Shown: piece by piece, positions 9,873 to 19,169 of the stretch | Position numbering within the stretch: the first letter of the stretch is position 1 | How the letters are laid out: the number at the start of each line of letters is the position of its first letter | NCBI GenBank assembly: GCA_026713745.1 | Contig: JAPONU010000285.1 | Coordinates: 1-39,661 of the forward strand | From: a bacterium | Lineage (GTDB): Bacteria; Actinomycetota; Acidimicrobiia; Acidimicrobiales; CATQHL01 | DNA: 39,661 nucleotides | Direction of reading: 5' to 3' | Notes under the pieces: generated by a model | Databases searched by the model: none | The model's input: only the letters and a program-made list of their open reading frames with translations | What the model was told of the DNA's origin: nothing | Program-made: the position numbers and the translations under genes

Positions 9873-10604
9873 TCACTCGTCCGCCGGCTCGGTGACCAGA
9901 GGGGTCGACTCCTCGCCGGCGCTCAGCGCGAACGGATCGATCTGCCCCAGCCAGGCGATGCTCGGCGGCGGCGGCAATTCGGCGCCCTCCGGGGCCCGTG
10001 CGATGATCCAGGCCTCACCGTTGTTCAAGAAGCGGATGTCGGCGAGGTTCTCGGTGAAGACGTCCGGCGCCTCGTCCACGGAACTGGCGAACTCCCAGCG
10101 GTGCACCTGGATGATCGCCGGCTCTCCGTCGCAGGTGACGTCCTCGGCGAGCACACGGCCGTCGTCGAGGGTGATGGCGTCATCGGTGATCTCCGCCCGC
10201 ATGGCGACGATGAAGTCCTCCAGCGTGGCGTTCTCACCCGAGGCGGCCTCGTAGTAGGGGTGGACATGGATGATGGCGTCGTCGTGGGAGTGGATGCCCT
10301 GCGCGTCGTCGGTGCTGGTGAAGTGCGGCAGGAAGTTGCCTTCGTCGCCCTCGGCGCAGTCCCACACCGCATACGGCGAATGCCAGTGGTCCTCGTTCTG
10401 CACGGGCCGCGCCTGCACGTCGCGGGTGGTGTAGGCGAACGCCACGAGCGCGGTGCCCGCCGCGATGATGAGCACCACCAGAGCGCCAAAACTCGGTCGA
10501 AGAATGCGGCTCAGCCTGCTTCCATCGCCCCCGATGCGCGCCGCCCGTTCAATGTTGCGGACAGCGTCGGCGAGGGAGGAGCGGCTCCGGGAGTCTCGCG
10601 CCAT
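9873..10604 (-). CDS. Hypothetical single-TM protein with His-rich extracytoplasmic domain
   Basis: Strong GC3 bias, one TM helix, motifs DHWH, WDC, GIHSH, IHVHP. Confidence 0.75.
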   Translation of the reverse strand: MARDSRSRSSLADAVRNIERAARIGGDGSRLSRILRPSFGALVVLIIAAGTALVAFAYTTRDVQARPVQNEDHWHSPYAVWDCAEGDEGNFLPHFTSTDDAQGIHSHDDAIIHVHPYYEAASGENATLEDFIVAMRAEITDDAITLDDGRVLAEDVTCDGEPAIIQVHRWEFASSVDEAPDVFTENLADIRFLNNGEAWIIARAPEGAELPPPPSIAWLGQIDPFALSAGEESTPLVTEPADE

Positions 10605-10702
10605 AGCGAGAGGCACACTACCGCCGTATCCCGGCGATACCGCCCGTCGCCCATCGCTGCTGCGGCTCCGCGAACCCGTTCCCCCGATACCGGCGCCACG
10701 GC

Positions 10703-10708
10703 TAGCCT
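10703..10708 (+). promoter_or_regulatory. Putative -10 box (TAGCCT) of a leaderless transcript
   Basis: TANNNT 7 nt before GTG 10716; no Shine-Dalgarno. Confidence 0.5.
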
Positions 10709-10715
10709 GCGGCGC

Positions 10716-11546
10716 GTGGACGAGCCGGTCGTCTGGCTGAACGGTGAGATCGTCCCGGAGTCGGCGGCCTGCGTCTCAGTGCGGGATCACGGTCTGCTGG
10801 TTGGCGACGGGGTCTTCGAGAGCGTCCGGATCACCGCCGGGCAGGCGTTCGCCGTCGGGCGGCATCTGGCGCGCCTGGCGCGCTCGGCGGGTGCGCTGGG
10901 CTTGGAGTTGCCGCCGGCCGGCGATTTGCGCGAGGCGGTCGGCGCCGTGCTGGCCGCCACGGGGGTGGTCGAGGGTCGGCTGCGGATCACGGCCACCAGC
11001 GGTCCCGGGGGGTTCTCCTCGGCTCGACCACCCGCAGGGGCGACCGTGGTCGTGGCCGCCGAGGAAGCACCTCCGTGGTCGCCGCACGTGGCGGTCATCA
11101 CCGTGCCGTGGCCCCGCAATGAGCGGGGTGCCACCGCCGGCATCAAGACCATCTCCTACGCCGAGAACGTCCTGGCCCTGCAGCGGGCGCACGCCGCGGG
11201 CGCCGGCGAGGCGATCTTCGCCAATACCCGCGGGGAACTGTGCGAGGGCACCGGCACCAACGTGTTCCTCGTGCTGGACGACCAGTTGCTGACGCCCCCG
11301 CTGTCGGTGGGTTGCCTGGCCGGGGTGACCCGCGACCTGGCACTGGAGATCACCGAGGCCACCACCGAGACCGTGCCGCTGGGGGCCCTTGCCGAGGCGT
11401 CGGAGGCTTTCCTGACCTCCACGACACGCAACGTGCACCCCATCTCGACGGTGGACGGTGTGCCGCTCCCCTCCTGCCCCGGACCCGCCACCGCCGGCGC
11501 CCAGCGGGCCTTCGCTGCGCTGATGGACGAGACGCTGGACCCCTAG
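10716..11546 (+). CDS. PLP-dependent aminotransferase class IV (BCAT/D-amino-acid transaminase/ADC lyase family)
   Basis: VWLNGE, DHGLLVGDGVFES, RHLARL, KTISY (PLP Lys), EGTGTNVF, CLAGVTR, EAFLTST. Confidence 0.92.
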   Translation: MDEPVVWLNGEIVPESAACVSVRDHGLLVGDGVFESVRITAGQAFAVGRHLARLARSAGALGLELPPAGDLREAVGAVLAATGVVEGRLRITATSGPGGFSSARPPAGATVVVAAEEAPPWSPHVAVITVPWPRNERGATAGIKTISYAENVLALQRAHAAGAGEAIFANTRGELCEGTGTNVFLVLDDQLLTPPLSVGCLAGVTRDLALEITEATTETVPLGALAEASEAFLTSTTRNVHPISTVDGVPLPSCPGPATAGAQRAFAALMDETLDP

Positions 11547-11588
11547 CCGCCGGGGGTGTCCCGCCGCGCCAGAGCAGGCCGGGATCAG

Positions 11589-12905
11589 CTAGAAGCAGGC
11601 CTCGCGCACGATCGGATACGGGTTGATGTGGTTGCCGCGACCACCTAGGTGATACTCGAAGTGCAGATGAGGCAGCCCCGCGGCGTTGCCCGAGTCGCCC
11701 ACGTAACCGATCACAGTGCCCGCCGGCACCCAGCCGGCCCCGACGTTCTCGTACGCCGACAGGTGCGTGTTGTAGAAGTAGTTCCCGGAGTCGGCGAAGA
11801 TGTACGCCGAGTTGCCCCCGATGCGGTTGGCCCGATGCTCCACGCGCCCGCTCTCGGTGGCCAGGACCGGGGTCCCGGCGGGAGCGATGAGATCGTTGCC
11901 CTTGTGCCAACCGCCGTAGTGGCGGGGATCGCCGAAGTCGTCGAAGTGGCTGAACGGGCCGGCCAGCGGGCACACCCAGCCGTCGGCCGCCTGCAGTACG
12001 GCGAGGCCGCCGGAGTCCCCTGCCGCCGATTCGGCACCCGGGTTGCCCGGCCTGACGGGTGGTAGTGCACCGTCGCCCTCCGTCGGCGCGCCCTGCGGGT
12101 TCTCGGCACCCCCCGATGCAGCAGCCTGGGCGACCTGCTCCCCAGCGACGCGGGCGGCCTCCTGAGCGGCGCGGGCAGCTTCGTCGGCCGCCACCGCAGC
12201 GGCGCGCGCGGCCTCCAGGCGGCGCGCCTCCTCGGCCTGCCGGCGACGCAACTCCTCCTCGACCCGCCTCCGCTCCTCCTCCTCGAGTGCGTCCAGCAGC
12301 CTGTCCTGCTCGTACAGGCGCGGCGCAATCTCCAGGTACACGTCGCCGATGACGCTCAGCTCCGCCTGCACCTCCGCTGCTGCCGCAGCGGCCTGGGAAA
12401 TCAACTCCTGCTGATGCCGGGCTCGCTCGGCGAGCAGCGCCTGCGCCTGATCCAGGTCGTCGCGGGCCCTGCGGTAATCGTCGATGATGTCGAGCGAACC
12501 CTCGCTCACGAACCGGGCCAGGGCATCCAGCGCGGCTTGGCGATTGATGTCGTCGCCGGCCAGGATCGACGGCGGTGTCGTCGAATCGATGTAGCGCTGC
12601 ACGGCGATTTCGATCATCTGCCGGCGCAATGCAACCACGTCGGCATCGATCCCGGCGATGCGCTCGGACAACTCGACGATCTCGACGTTCAATTCGTACA
12701 GGGCCAGATCGGCCTCCCAGTAGCGGGCGGCAGCGGCGTCGGCGCGCTCCTGGGTGGCGATCAGCTCATCCAGGTAGCCGTCGATCTCGTCCTGCAGCGC
12801 CGACACGGTGTCGCGGACTCGATCAAGCTCGTTCTGCGCGACCGAGACCGAACTCATCGCAAGCAGGAGAACGATCGGTAGTGCCCAGAGCACTTTCCGG
12901 CGCAC
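11589..12905 (-). CDS. Secreted coiled-coil M23 metallopeptidase
   Basis: Signal peptide, long coiled coil, HKGND (HxxxD) and PHLHFE (HxH) zinc motifs. Start uncertain. Confidence 0.88.
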   Translation of the reverse strand: MRRKVLWALPIVLLLAMSSVSVAQNELDRVRDTVSALQDEIDGYLDELIATQERADAAAARYWEADLALYELNVEIVELSERIAGIDADVVALRRQMIEIAVQRYIDSTTPPSILAGDDINRQAALDALARFVSEGSLDIIDDYRRARDDLDQAQALLAERARHQQELISQAAAAAAEVQAELSVIGDVYLEIAPRLYEQDRLLDALEEEERRRVEEELRRRQAEEARRLEAARAAAVAADEAARAAQEAARVAGEQVAQAAASGGAENPQGAPTEGDGALPPVRPGNPGAESAAGDSGGLAVLQAADGWVCPLAGPFSHFDDFGDPRHYGGWHKGNDLIAPAGTPVLATESGRVEHRANRIGGNSAYIFADSGNYFYNTHLSAYENVGAGWVPAGTVIGYVGDSGNAAGLPHLHFEYHLGGRGNHINPYPIVREACF

Positions 12906-12914
12906 AGCACTCGA

Positions 12915-12944
12915 CCGAGCGACGTTCAACCGAGCGACATTCAA
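12915..12944. repeat. 15-bp tandem duplication (CCGAGCGACRTTCAA x2)
   Basis: Two adjacent copies with one mismatch, right after the stop of the upstream CNNM gene. Confidence 0.85.
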
Positions 12945-12945
12945 T

Positions 12946-13959
12946 CTAGAGAACGTCACTCTCATCCCTGATGTCACCCACGAGCGACTCCAGCACGTCC
13001 TCCAGGGTCACGAGACCCACCGTAACGGTCCCCTCGCGGACCAGGGCGACGTGCACCCGGTGCCGGCGCATCAACCGCAGGAGATCCTCCAGCGTCAGGT
13101 CATGGCGCACCATGAGCGCCCGCCGGACGCAGCCGGCCGGGAGCACCTGGTCCCAACGCTCGGGAGGCACCGTAAGTAGATCCTTGGCGTGCACGAATCC
13201 TGCGGGGCGGTCGGGATCGCCGAGCAGCAGCCGGGAATGCCCGCTGGCCACGACCGTCGCCTCCGCCTCGGCCACGCTGGCACCCCGCGGGATGGCGCAG
13301 ATCCGCTCCCGTGGCACCATGATCGACGCCACTGGGCGCTCGCCCAGTTCCAGCGCGGAGGCCAGCAGCGTGTGCTCGAACTCGCTCAGCAGGCCGCCGG
13401 TGCGCGATTCGGCCAGCAACTCCGACAGCTCGGCGGGGGTCCGTGCACTCGACGTCTGATCCACCGGGGCCACCCCGAACAGGCGCGCCAGCACCGCCAC
13501 AAGCCACTCGAGCGTCCGGATCACCGGCCGGAACGCCCCGACGAAGAGCCGGTGTACCGGCGCCAGCCACATCGCGAGGGCATCGGGATTGCACAGAGCG
13601 GCATTCTTCGGGACCATCTCGCCGATCAGGACGTGGGCGAACACCACGATGGCGATCGCCACGGCCACGCTGACACCATGGCCGAAACCGCCGAGGACAC
13701 CGTCGAGCAGGCGCGCCACGGCAGGTTCGACGACATAGCCGAGACCCAGGGCGGTCATCGTCAACCCGAGTTGCGCACCCGCCAGCTGCATGCCCAGATC
13801 CCCCATCGCCCGCACCGCCACCCTGGCGCGCCGGTTGCCGGACTCGGCCAGCACCTCCAGGCGGCTGCGCGACGCAGCCACGATTGCGAACTCGACGGCG
13901 GTGAAGAAGGCGTTGCCGGCCAGCAGCACGACCGCAATCAGCAGCGCCAGGGTGGTCAC
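12946..13959 (-). CDS. HlyC/CorC (CNNM/DUF21 + CBS pair) family protein
   Basis: GNAFFTAVEFA, AQLGLT, GEMVPK, MVPR, SGHSR, GLVTLEDVLE..VGDIRDE. Confidence 0.92.
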   Translation of the reverse strand: MTTLALLIAVVLLAGNAFFTAVEFAIVAASRSRLEVLAESGNRRARVAVRAMGDLGMQLAGAQLGLTMTALGLGYVVEPAVARLLDGVLGGFGHGVSVAVAIAIVVFAHVLIGEMVPKNAALCNPDALAMWLAPVHRLFVGAFRPVIRTLEWLVAVLARLFGVAPVDQTSSARTPAELSELLAESRTGGLLSEFEHTLLASALELGERPVASIMVPRERICAIPRGASVAEAEATVVASGHSRLLLGDPDRPAGFVHAKDLLTVPPERWDQVLPAGCVRRALMVRHDLTLEDLLRLMRRHRVHVALVREGTVTVGLVTLEDVLESLVGDIRDESDVL

Positions 13960-15269
13960 GGCCGCCGCTCCCCGCGCCCGGCGACCCGGACCATCACGAT
14001 CCGCCGCCGCACCATCTCAGCAACTTCGAAGCTCCAACCATCCCACGTGAACGAGTCGCCCACCACCGGGATACGGCCCAGGTGGTAGAGGGCGAATCCG
14101 GCCAGGGTCTCATACGGGCCGCCAGCCAGGCGCAACCCACAGGCTTCTTCGACGCCGTCGGCACGCAGGTCGCCCCCCAGGAGCCAAACCCCCGGAGGGG
14201 CCGGAGGAGTGAGCTCGGCCACCGGGTCGTGCTCGTCGTCGATCTCCCCGACGATCTCCTCGGTGATGTCCTCGGCGGTGATGATCCCGGTGGCACCGCC
14301 GTGTTCGTCCACGACGACCGCCAGTGACTGGCGCCGGCGGCTCATCTCGCTCAGCAGGCTCCGCAGGTCGGCGCTCTCGGGGACCGCCCAGACGTCGACC
14401 ATCATCTCCCCCACGGTGACCCGGTGGCGATCCGCGGGCGGGACGCGGTGGACCGTCTTGACGTGGACCACACCCCGGACGTCGTCCAGATCGGCCTCCA
14501 CGACGGGGAAGCGCGAGTGGCCGCTCCTCGCCGTCGCATCCACCAGGTCGGCCATCGTGTCGTCGGCACCGACGGTGATCACCTCCACGCGCGGCACCAG
14601 GGCGTCGGCTGCGGTCTTGGCCCCGAAGCGGATCGAGCGCGTCAGCAGGGTCACGTCCTCCGGATCGAGTTCGCCGCTGGTACCCGACGAGCGGATGATG
14701 TGTTCGAGCTCCCGCAGGGTCCGCACCGAACGGAGTTCGTCGGTGGGTTCGAGCCCGGCGAGGCGCACGATCCGATCGGCGGTGCCGTTGAACAGCGTCA
14801 CGAACGGCCACATGAGGTAGCCGTACAGGCGCAACGGCCTGGCACACCGCAGCCCCGTTGCCAGAGGCCGGGAGATCGCCAACATCTTCGGCAGTTGCTC
14901 CCCCGCCACGAGGTGCACGACGGTGGCCAGCGCCAGGGCCACCGCAATGGCTGCCGCGTGAGCCGAGGACTCGCTGAGCACCGAGCCGAACGCACCCAGC
15001 AACAACTCGGCGATCAGCGGCTCGGCAACCCAGCCCAGCAGCAGGGACATCACCGTGATGCCCAGCTGTGCAGCCGAGAGGTGGAACGTGAGCCGTTCGG
15101 TGACCTTCAGCAGGCTCCGGGCGGACCGGCGCCGGGCGCGCCGGTCCGAAGTTGCAGCCTCCTTGAGCGGGCCGCGCTGCACGGACACGGCAGAGAACTC
15201 GGCGGCGACGAAGAAGGCGTTGGCGCCGATCAGCGCGACGACCGCAAGAAGTCCGAGTGCGACTCTGAT
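13956..15269 (-). CDS. HlyC/CorC (CNNM + CBS + CorC domain) family protein
   Basis: ANAFFVAAEF, AQLGIT, GEQLPK, SGHSRFPV, VDEHGG..EDITEEIVGEIDDE, YETLAG. GTGA overlap with its paralog. Start uncertain (ATC 15269 or ATG 15341; see findings). Confidence 0.9.
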   Translation of the reverse strand: MRVALGLLAVVALIGANAFFVAAEFSAVSVQRGPLKEAATSDRRARRRSARSLLKVTERLTFHLSAAQLGITVMSLLLGWVAEPLIAELLLGAFGSVLSESSAHAAAIAVALALATVVHLVAGEQLPKMLAISRPLATGLRCARPLRLYGYLMWPFVTLFNGTADRIVRLAGLEPTDELRSVRTLRELEHIIRSSGTSGELDPEDVTLLTRSIRFGAKTAADALVPRVEVITVGADDTMADLVDATARSGHSRFPVVEADLDDVRGVVHVKTVHRVPPADRHRVTVGEMMVDVWAVPESADLRSLLSEMSRRRQSLAVVVDEHGGATGIITAEDITEEIVGEIDDEHDPVAELTPPAPPGVWLLGGDLRADGVEEACGLRLAGGPYETLAGFALYHLGRIPVVGDSFTWDGWSFEVAEMVRRRIVMVRVAGRGERRP

Positions 15270-15339
15270 CGCCGCGAAGTTTATCGCCGGGGTGCCATGA
15301 GCCCGGGGAGCGGGAGGGCCGGCGGTAGCATCCGGTGCC

Positions 15340-17166
15340 ATCGTCGCCGCCGCCAACATCGACCCCGACACGACGAAGGGCTGGCTGCGGCGCCTGTGGC
15401 CGATCATCACCGCGCACCGTTCGCTGCTGGCGTTCGGTACCGCCGCCGGGATCATCGCCCTCGCCTCCCAGGTCGCCGTCCCGGCTGTGGCCCGCGAGGC
15501 CATCGACGCCGCGGGCGACGGCTTCGGGGACCGGCTGCGGCTCCTCTGCATCCTGCTTGGGGTGCTGGCGGTCGTCCGCGGCCTCACCGGCGGGGCCTAC
15601 CGCTACCTGCTCTTCAGGCTGTCGCTGCGGATCGACACCGAGTTGCGGATGATCACCTACCGCCACCTCAGCCGGCTCTCGTTCTCGTTCTATGACCGCA
15701 GCGGCTCGGGCGACATCATCTCCCGCGCCAACACCGACATCCGCTCCATCCAGATCCTGTTCGCCTTCGCCCCCATGATGGGCATGGCGGTGCTGACGTT
15801 CTTCCTGGCCTTCGGCCTCATGCTCTGGATCCACGTGCCGCTCACGTTCGTGGCCCTGGCCACGCTGCCGGTCGGCACGCTGGTCGGGAACCGCTTCCGG
15901 AACAGGTTCCTGCCGCTGTCGTGGATCATCCAGGGGCGCAGCGCCGAGGTGGCGGGCGTGGTGGACGAGAACGTCAACGGCACGCGGGTCGTGAAGTCCT
16001 TCGCCGCCGAGCGGGCCGAGATCGCCAAACTCTCCCGGGCCGCCCGGCGGCTGCAATGGGCGTCGGCGACCAGCGTGGACGTGCGAGCCCGCTACAACCC
16101 CGTGCTGGAAGCACTGCCGCGGGTCGCCATGGGGCTGGTGCTGCTCTACGGCGGCTGGCTGGCGATCGACGGCCAGGTGACGATCGGCACGCTGTTCGCC
16201 TTCGGCGCCTACATCATCATGCTGCAGTTGCCGTTCAGGATGTTCGGCTTCATCGTGATGCAGAGTCAGCGGGCGGCGGCCTCCGCGGAGCGGATCTTCC
16301 AGATACTGGACACACCGCCGGAGATCAACTCACCGGTGGGCGCGCGGGTCCTCGATCGCGCCGAGGGTCGCCTGACCTTCGACGACGTGACTTTCGGCTA
16401 CGGCCGGGGGACGGCCAGGTCGGCCCGGCCGATCCTGGACGGGTTCAGCATGCAGATCCTCCCGGGGGAGACGGTGGCGCTGGTCGGCCCCACCGGCTGC
16501 GGCAAGTCGACGGTGGCGCGCCTCGCCGCCCGCTTCTACGACGCCGGCGGCGGCGCAGTGCGCCTCGCCGGCGGTGACGTGCGCGACCTCGACGTGGAGT
16601 CACTGCGGCGCAACGTGGTGGTGGTCTTCGACGAACCCTTCCTGTTCTCGACGAGCCTGCGGGACAACATCGCGTTCGGCCGGCCCGACGCCCCGCTCGC
16701 CGAGGTGATCGAGGCGGCGAGGATCGCACAGATCCACGAAACCGTGGCGAGCCTGCCGGCGGGCTACAACTCAGTCGTCGGTGAGCGCGGCTACACCCTC
16801 TCCGGCGGCCAGCGCCAGCGGATCGCCCTCGCCCGGGCCCTGCTGATGGACCCCGGCGTGCTGATCCTCGACGACGCCCTGAGCGCCATCGACATGGGCG
16901 TCGAGGAGGCCATCGCCGCGGCGTTGCGGCGCCGGCGGGCCGGGCGGACCACGCTGCTGATCGCCCACCGCCTCTCGACGATCGCCCTGGCGGACCGGGT
17001 GGTGTTCACCGAGGACGGCCGGGTCACCGCCACCGGCACCCACGCCGAACTGATGGCCACACAGGCGCGCTACGTCCAGGTGCTGGCCGACGCCGAGGCC
17101 CGGGAGGCCGAGACCCCGCGCCTCGCGGGCGCCGAGGTGACCGCCCCGGAGGGGTCGGCGCCGTGA
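15340..17166 (+). CDS. ABC exporter half-transporter (TMD+NBD), subunit with degenerate Walker B
   Basis: GPTGCGKST, LSGGQRQR, LILDDALS. The frame is coding-like upstream of GTG 15487 (IDPDTTKGWLRRLWP then TM1) back to about 15340. Confidence 0.9.
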   Translation: MVAAANIDPDTTKGWLRRLWPIITAHRSLLAFGTAAGIIALASQVAVPAVAREAIDAAGDGFGDRLRLLCILLGVLAVVRGLTGGAYRYLLFRLSLRIDTELRMITYRHLSRLSFSFYDRSGSGDIISRANTDIRSIQILFAFAPMMGMAVLTFFLAFGLMLWIHVPLTFVALATLPVGTLVGNRFRNRFLPLSWIIQGRSAEVAGVVDENVNGTRVVKSFAAERAEIAKLSRAARRLQWASATSVDVRARYNPVLEALPRVAMGLVLLYGGWLAIDGQVTIGTLFAFGAYIIMLQLPFRMFGFIVMQSQRAAASAERIFQILDTPPEINSPVGARVLDRAEGRLTFDDVTFGYGRGTARSARPILDGFSMQILPGETVALVGPTGCGKSTVARLAARFYDAGGGAVRLAGGDVRDLDVESLRRNVVVVFDEPFLFSTSLRDNIAFGRPDAPLAEVIEAARIAQIHETVASLPAGYNSVVGERGYTLSGGQRQRIALARALLMDPGVLILDDALSAIDMGVEEAIAAALRRRRAGRTTLLIAHRLSTIALADRVVFTEDGRVTATGTHAELMATQARYVQVLADAEAREAETPRLAGAEVTAPEGSAP

Positions 17167-19169
17167 GCTTCATGGGCGGCTCGTATGTGGCCGGCCCGCA
17201 GGGCCCGTCCTCGTCGCAGGCCAACGCCGCTGCCGGGCTGCCGTTCGCCGGCATCCCCGACGAGATGATCGACCGGGCGGCGGACATCCTGGACGCCGAA
17301 CCCACCCACCCCGAGCCCGACGTGGACTTCGCCCACCGGGCCCCCGATGCGCCGCCGCTGTCGCTGCGGACAATGCTCGGCCCCCATTGGCGGCGCGTAC
17401 TGCTGGTGGTGGTTCTCGTGATCGTCGAGGCCGCCGCCACCCAGGCGGGACCCCTGCTGACCCAGATCGGCATCGACGACGGGGTGGCGGCGCGCCGCTT
17501 CGGCGTGCTCGGCATCGTGGTGGCCGTCTACTTCGCCACCGTGGTGGTACACGTGGTGGCCGGCCGCGCCCGCACCGCCCTCGGGGGGCGCCTCGGCGAG
17601 CGTCTCATGTACGTCCTGCGGGTGCGGGTGTTCACCCACTTCCAGCGGATGTCGCTGAACTTCTACACCTCCGAGAAGGCGGGGGTGCTGATGTCCCGCA
17701 TGACCAGCGACGTCGAGGCCCTCACGATGTTGCTGCAGGAAGGGCTCGTGATGATGGTCGTGCAGGGGTTGACCCTGGCGGTCATCACCGGCGTGCTGTT
17801 CTACCTGCACGTTCCGCTGGCGGCTCTCACCGTGGGCGTCGTGGTGCCGGTCACCTTGCTGCTTTCGCTGTGGTTCCGCCGCTCCTCGGAGCGGGGCTAC
17901 AACCGGGTCCGCGACCGCATCGCCGCCGTGCTGGCCGACCTGGCGGAGAGCCTCGCCGGTATCCGGACCATCACCGCCTACAACCGCCGGCACCGCAACA
18001 TCGCCCAGCACCAGGGCGTCGTGAGCGACCACGAGGAGGCCAACGTCTACACCACGCGGGTCTCCTCGCTGTACGCCGCGGCCGCCGAGGGTGTCGGCAT
18101 CGTCGGTCAGGCGGTTGTTCTGGGGGTGGGCGGCTGGCTGGTGATCGACGGCCGCCTCACCCTCGGCGTCCTCACCGCATTCGCCCTCTACCTGACGGCG
18201 TTCTTCGCCCCCATCGGCCAGCTCGTCATGCTCTACAACGCCTACCAGCAAGGGCAGTCCGCCACCGCCAAGCTCCGGGAGCTGCTCGAGCGGCAACCCG
18301 ACGTGGCCGAGGCGCCCGACGCCGTGCCGCTGGGCCCCATCGAGGGCCGGATCACCTTCGAGGCCGTGTCGTTCTCCTATGACGCCGGCGAGCCGGTGCT
18401 GCGGGACGTGAACCTCGACGTCCCCGCGGGCGGCAGCCTCTCGGTCGTCGGCGCAACCGGCGCAGGCAAGTCCACGATCGCCAAGCTGGCGGTGCGCTTC
18501 TACGACCCCGACGAGGGCACGGTGCGGATCGACGGTACCGACCTGCGCAGCGTGCAGCTGGACTCGCTGCGCCGCCAGTTCGGCGTCGTGCCCCAGGAGC
18601 CGTTCCTGTTCAACGGCACCATCGGGGACAACATCCGATTCGCCCGCCCCGACGCCGGTGACGACGAGGTGGCCGAGGCCTGCCGGGTCGTGGGCCTCGG
18701 GGACTTCGTGGCGTCGCTCCCCGACGGCCTGGACACGCCCTGCCACGAGCGCGGCGCCTCGCTCTCGGCCGGGGAGCGCCAACTGCTGGCCCTCGCCCGG
18801 GCCTTCCTGGCCCGACCGCGCGTGCTGATCCTGGACGAGGCCACTTCCAACCTGGATCTGCGCTCGGAGGCTCAGGTGGAGCGGGCGCTGGACGCCGTGC
18901 TGGAGGGGCGGACCGCCGTGATCGTGGCACACCGTCTGGCCACCGCAATGCGCGCCGACCGGATCGCCGTGGTGGACAATGGACGGATCGCAGAGATCGG
19001 CAGTCACGACGAACTGGTGGCCGCCGGCGGTCTGTACGCCGGCATGTACGCCGCCTGGGAGGCCCACGCCGCAGGCAACGGCGCGCCACCGGCACCTGTC
19101 CCCGTAGGCGACGGCGCGGCCCCGGCAACTTCTCCCGCAGGCGTCGACCCTCAGGGTGTGGACCGATGA
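17163..19169 (+). CDS. ABC exporter half-transporter, partner subunit of the heterodimer
   Basis: GATGAGKST, LSAGERQ, LILDEATS, AHRL. GTGA overlap with the previous gene. Confidence 0.93.
   Translation: MSFMGGSYVAGPQGPSSSQANAAAGLPFAGIPDEMIDRAADILDAEPTHPEPDVDFAHRAPDAPPLSLRTMLGPHWRRVLLVVVLVIVEAAATQAGPLLTQIGIDDGVAARRFGVLGIVVAVYFATVVVHVVAGRARTALGGRLGERLMYVLRVRVFTHFQRMSLNFYTSEKAGVLMSRMTSDVEALTMLLQEGLVMMVVQGLTLAVITGVLFYLHVPLAALTVGVVVPVTLLLSLWFRRSSERGYNRVRDRIAAVLADLAESLAGIRTITAYNRRHRNIAQHQGVVSDHEEANVYTTRVSSLYAAAAEGVGIVGQAVVLGVGGWLVIDGRLTLGVLTAFALYLTAFFAPIGQLVMLYNAYQQGQSATAKLRELLERQPDVAEAPDAVPLGPIEGRITFEAVSFSYDAGEPVLRDVNLDVPAGGSLSVVGATGAGKSTIAKLAVRFYDPDEGTVRIDGTDLRSVQLDSLRRQFGVVPQEPFLFNGTIGDNIRFARPDAGDDEVAEACRVVGLGDFVASLPDGLDTPCHERGASLSAGERQLLALARAFLARPRVLILDEATSNLDLRSEAQVERALDAVLEGRTAVIVAHRLATAMRADRIAVVDNGRIAEIGSHDELVAAGGLYAGMYAAWEAHAAGNGAPPAPVPVGDGAAPATSPAGVDPQGVDR

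Noticed and set aside
12946-15269. Hemolysin toxins
   Set aside because: The CNNM/CBS architecture indicates metal-transport proteins; the hemolysin label is historical.
15340-19169. Degenerate Walker B (LILDD) and LSAGE signature as a defect
   Set aside because: This is normal asymmetry in heterodimeric ABC exporters.
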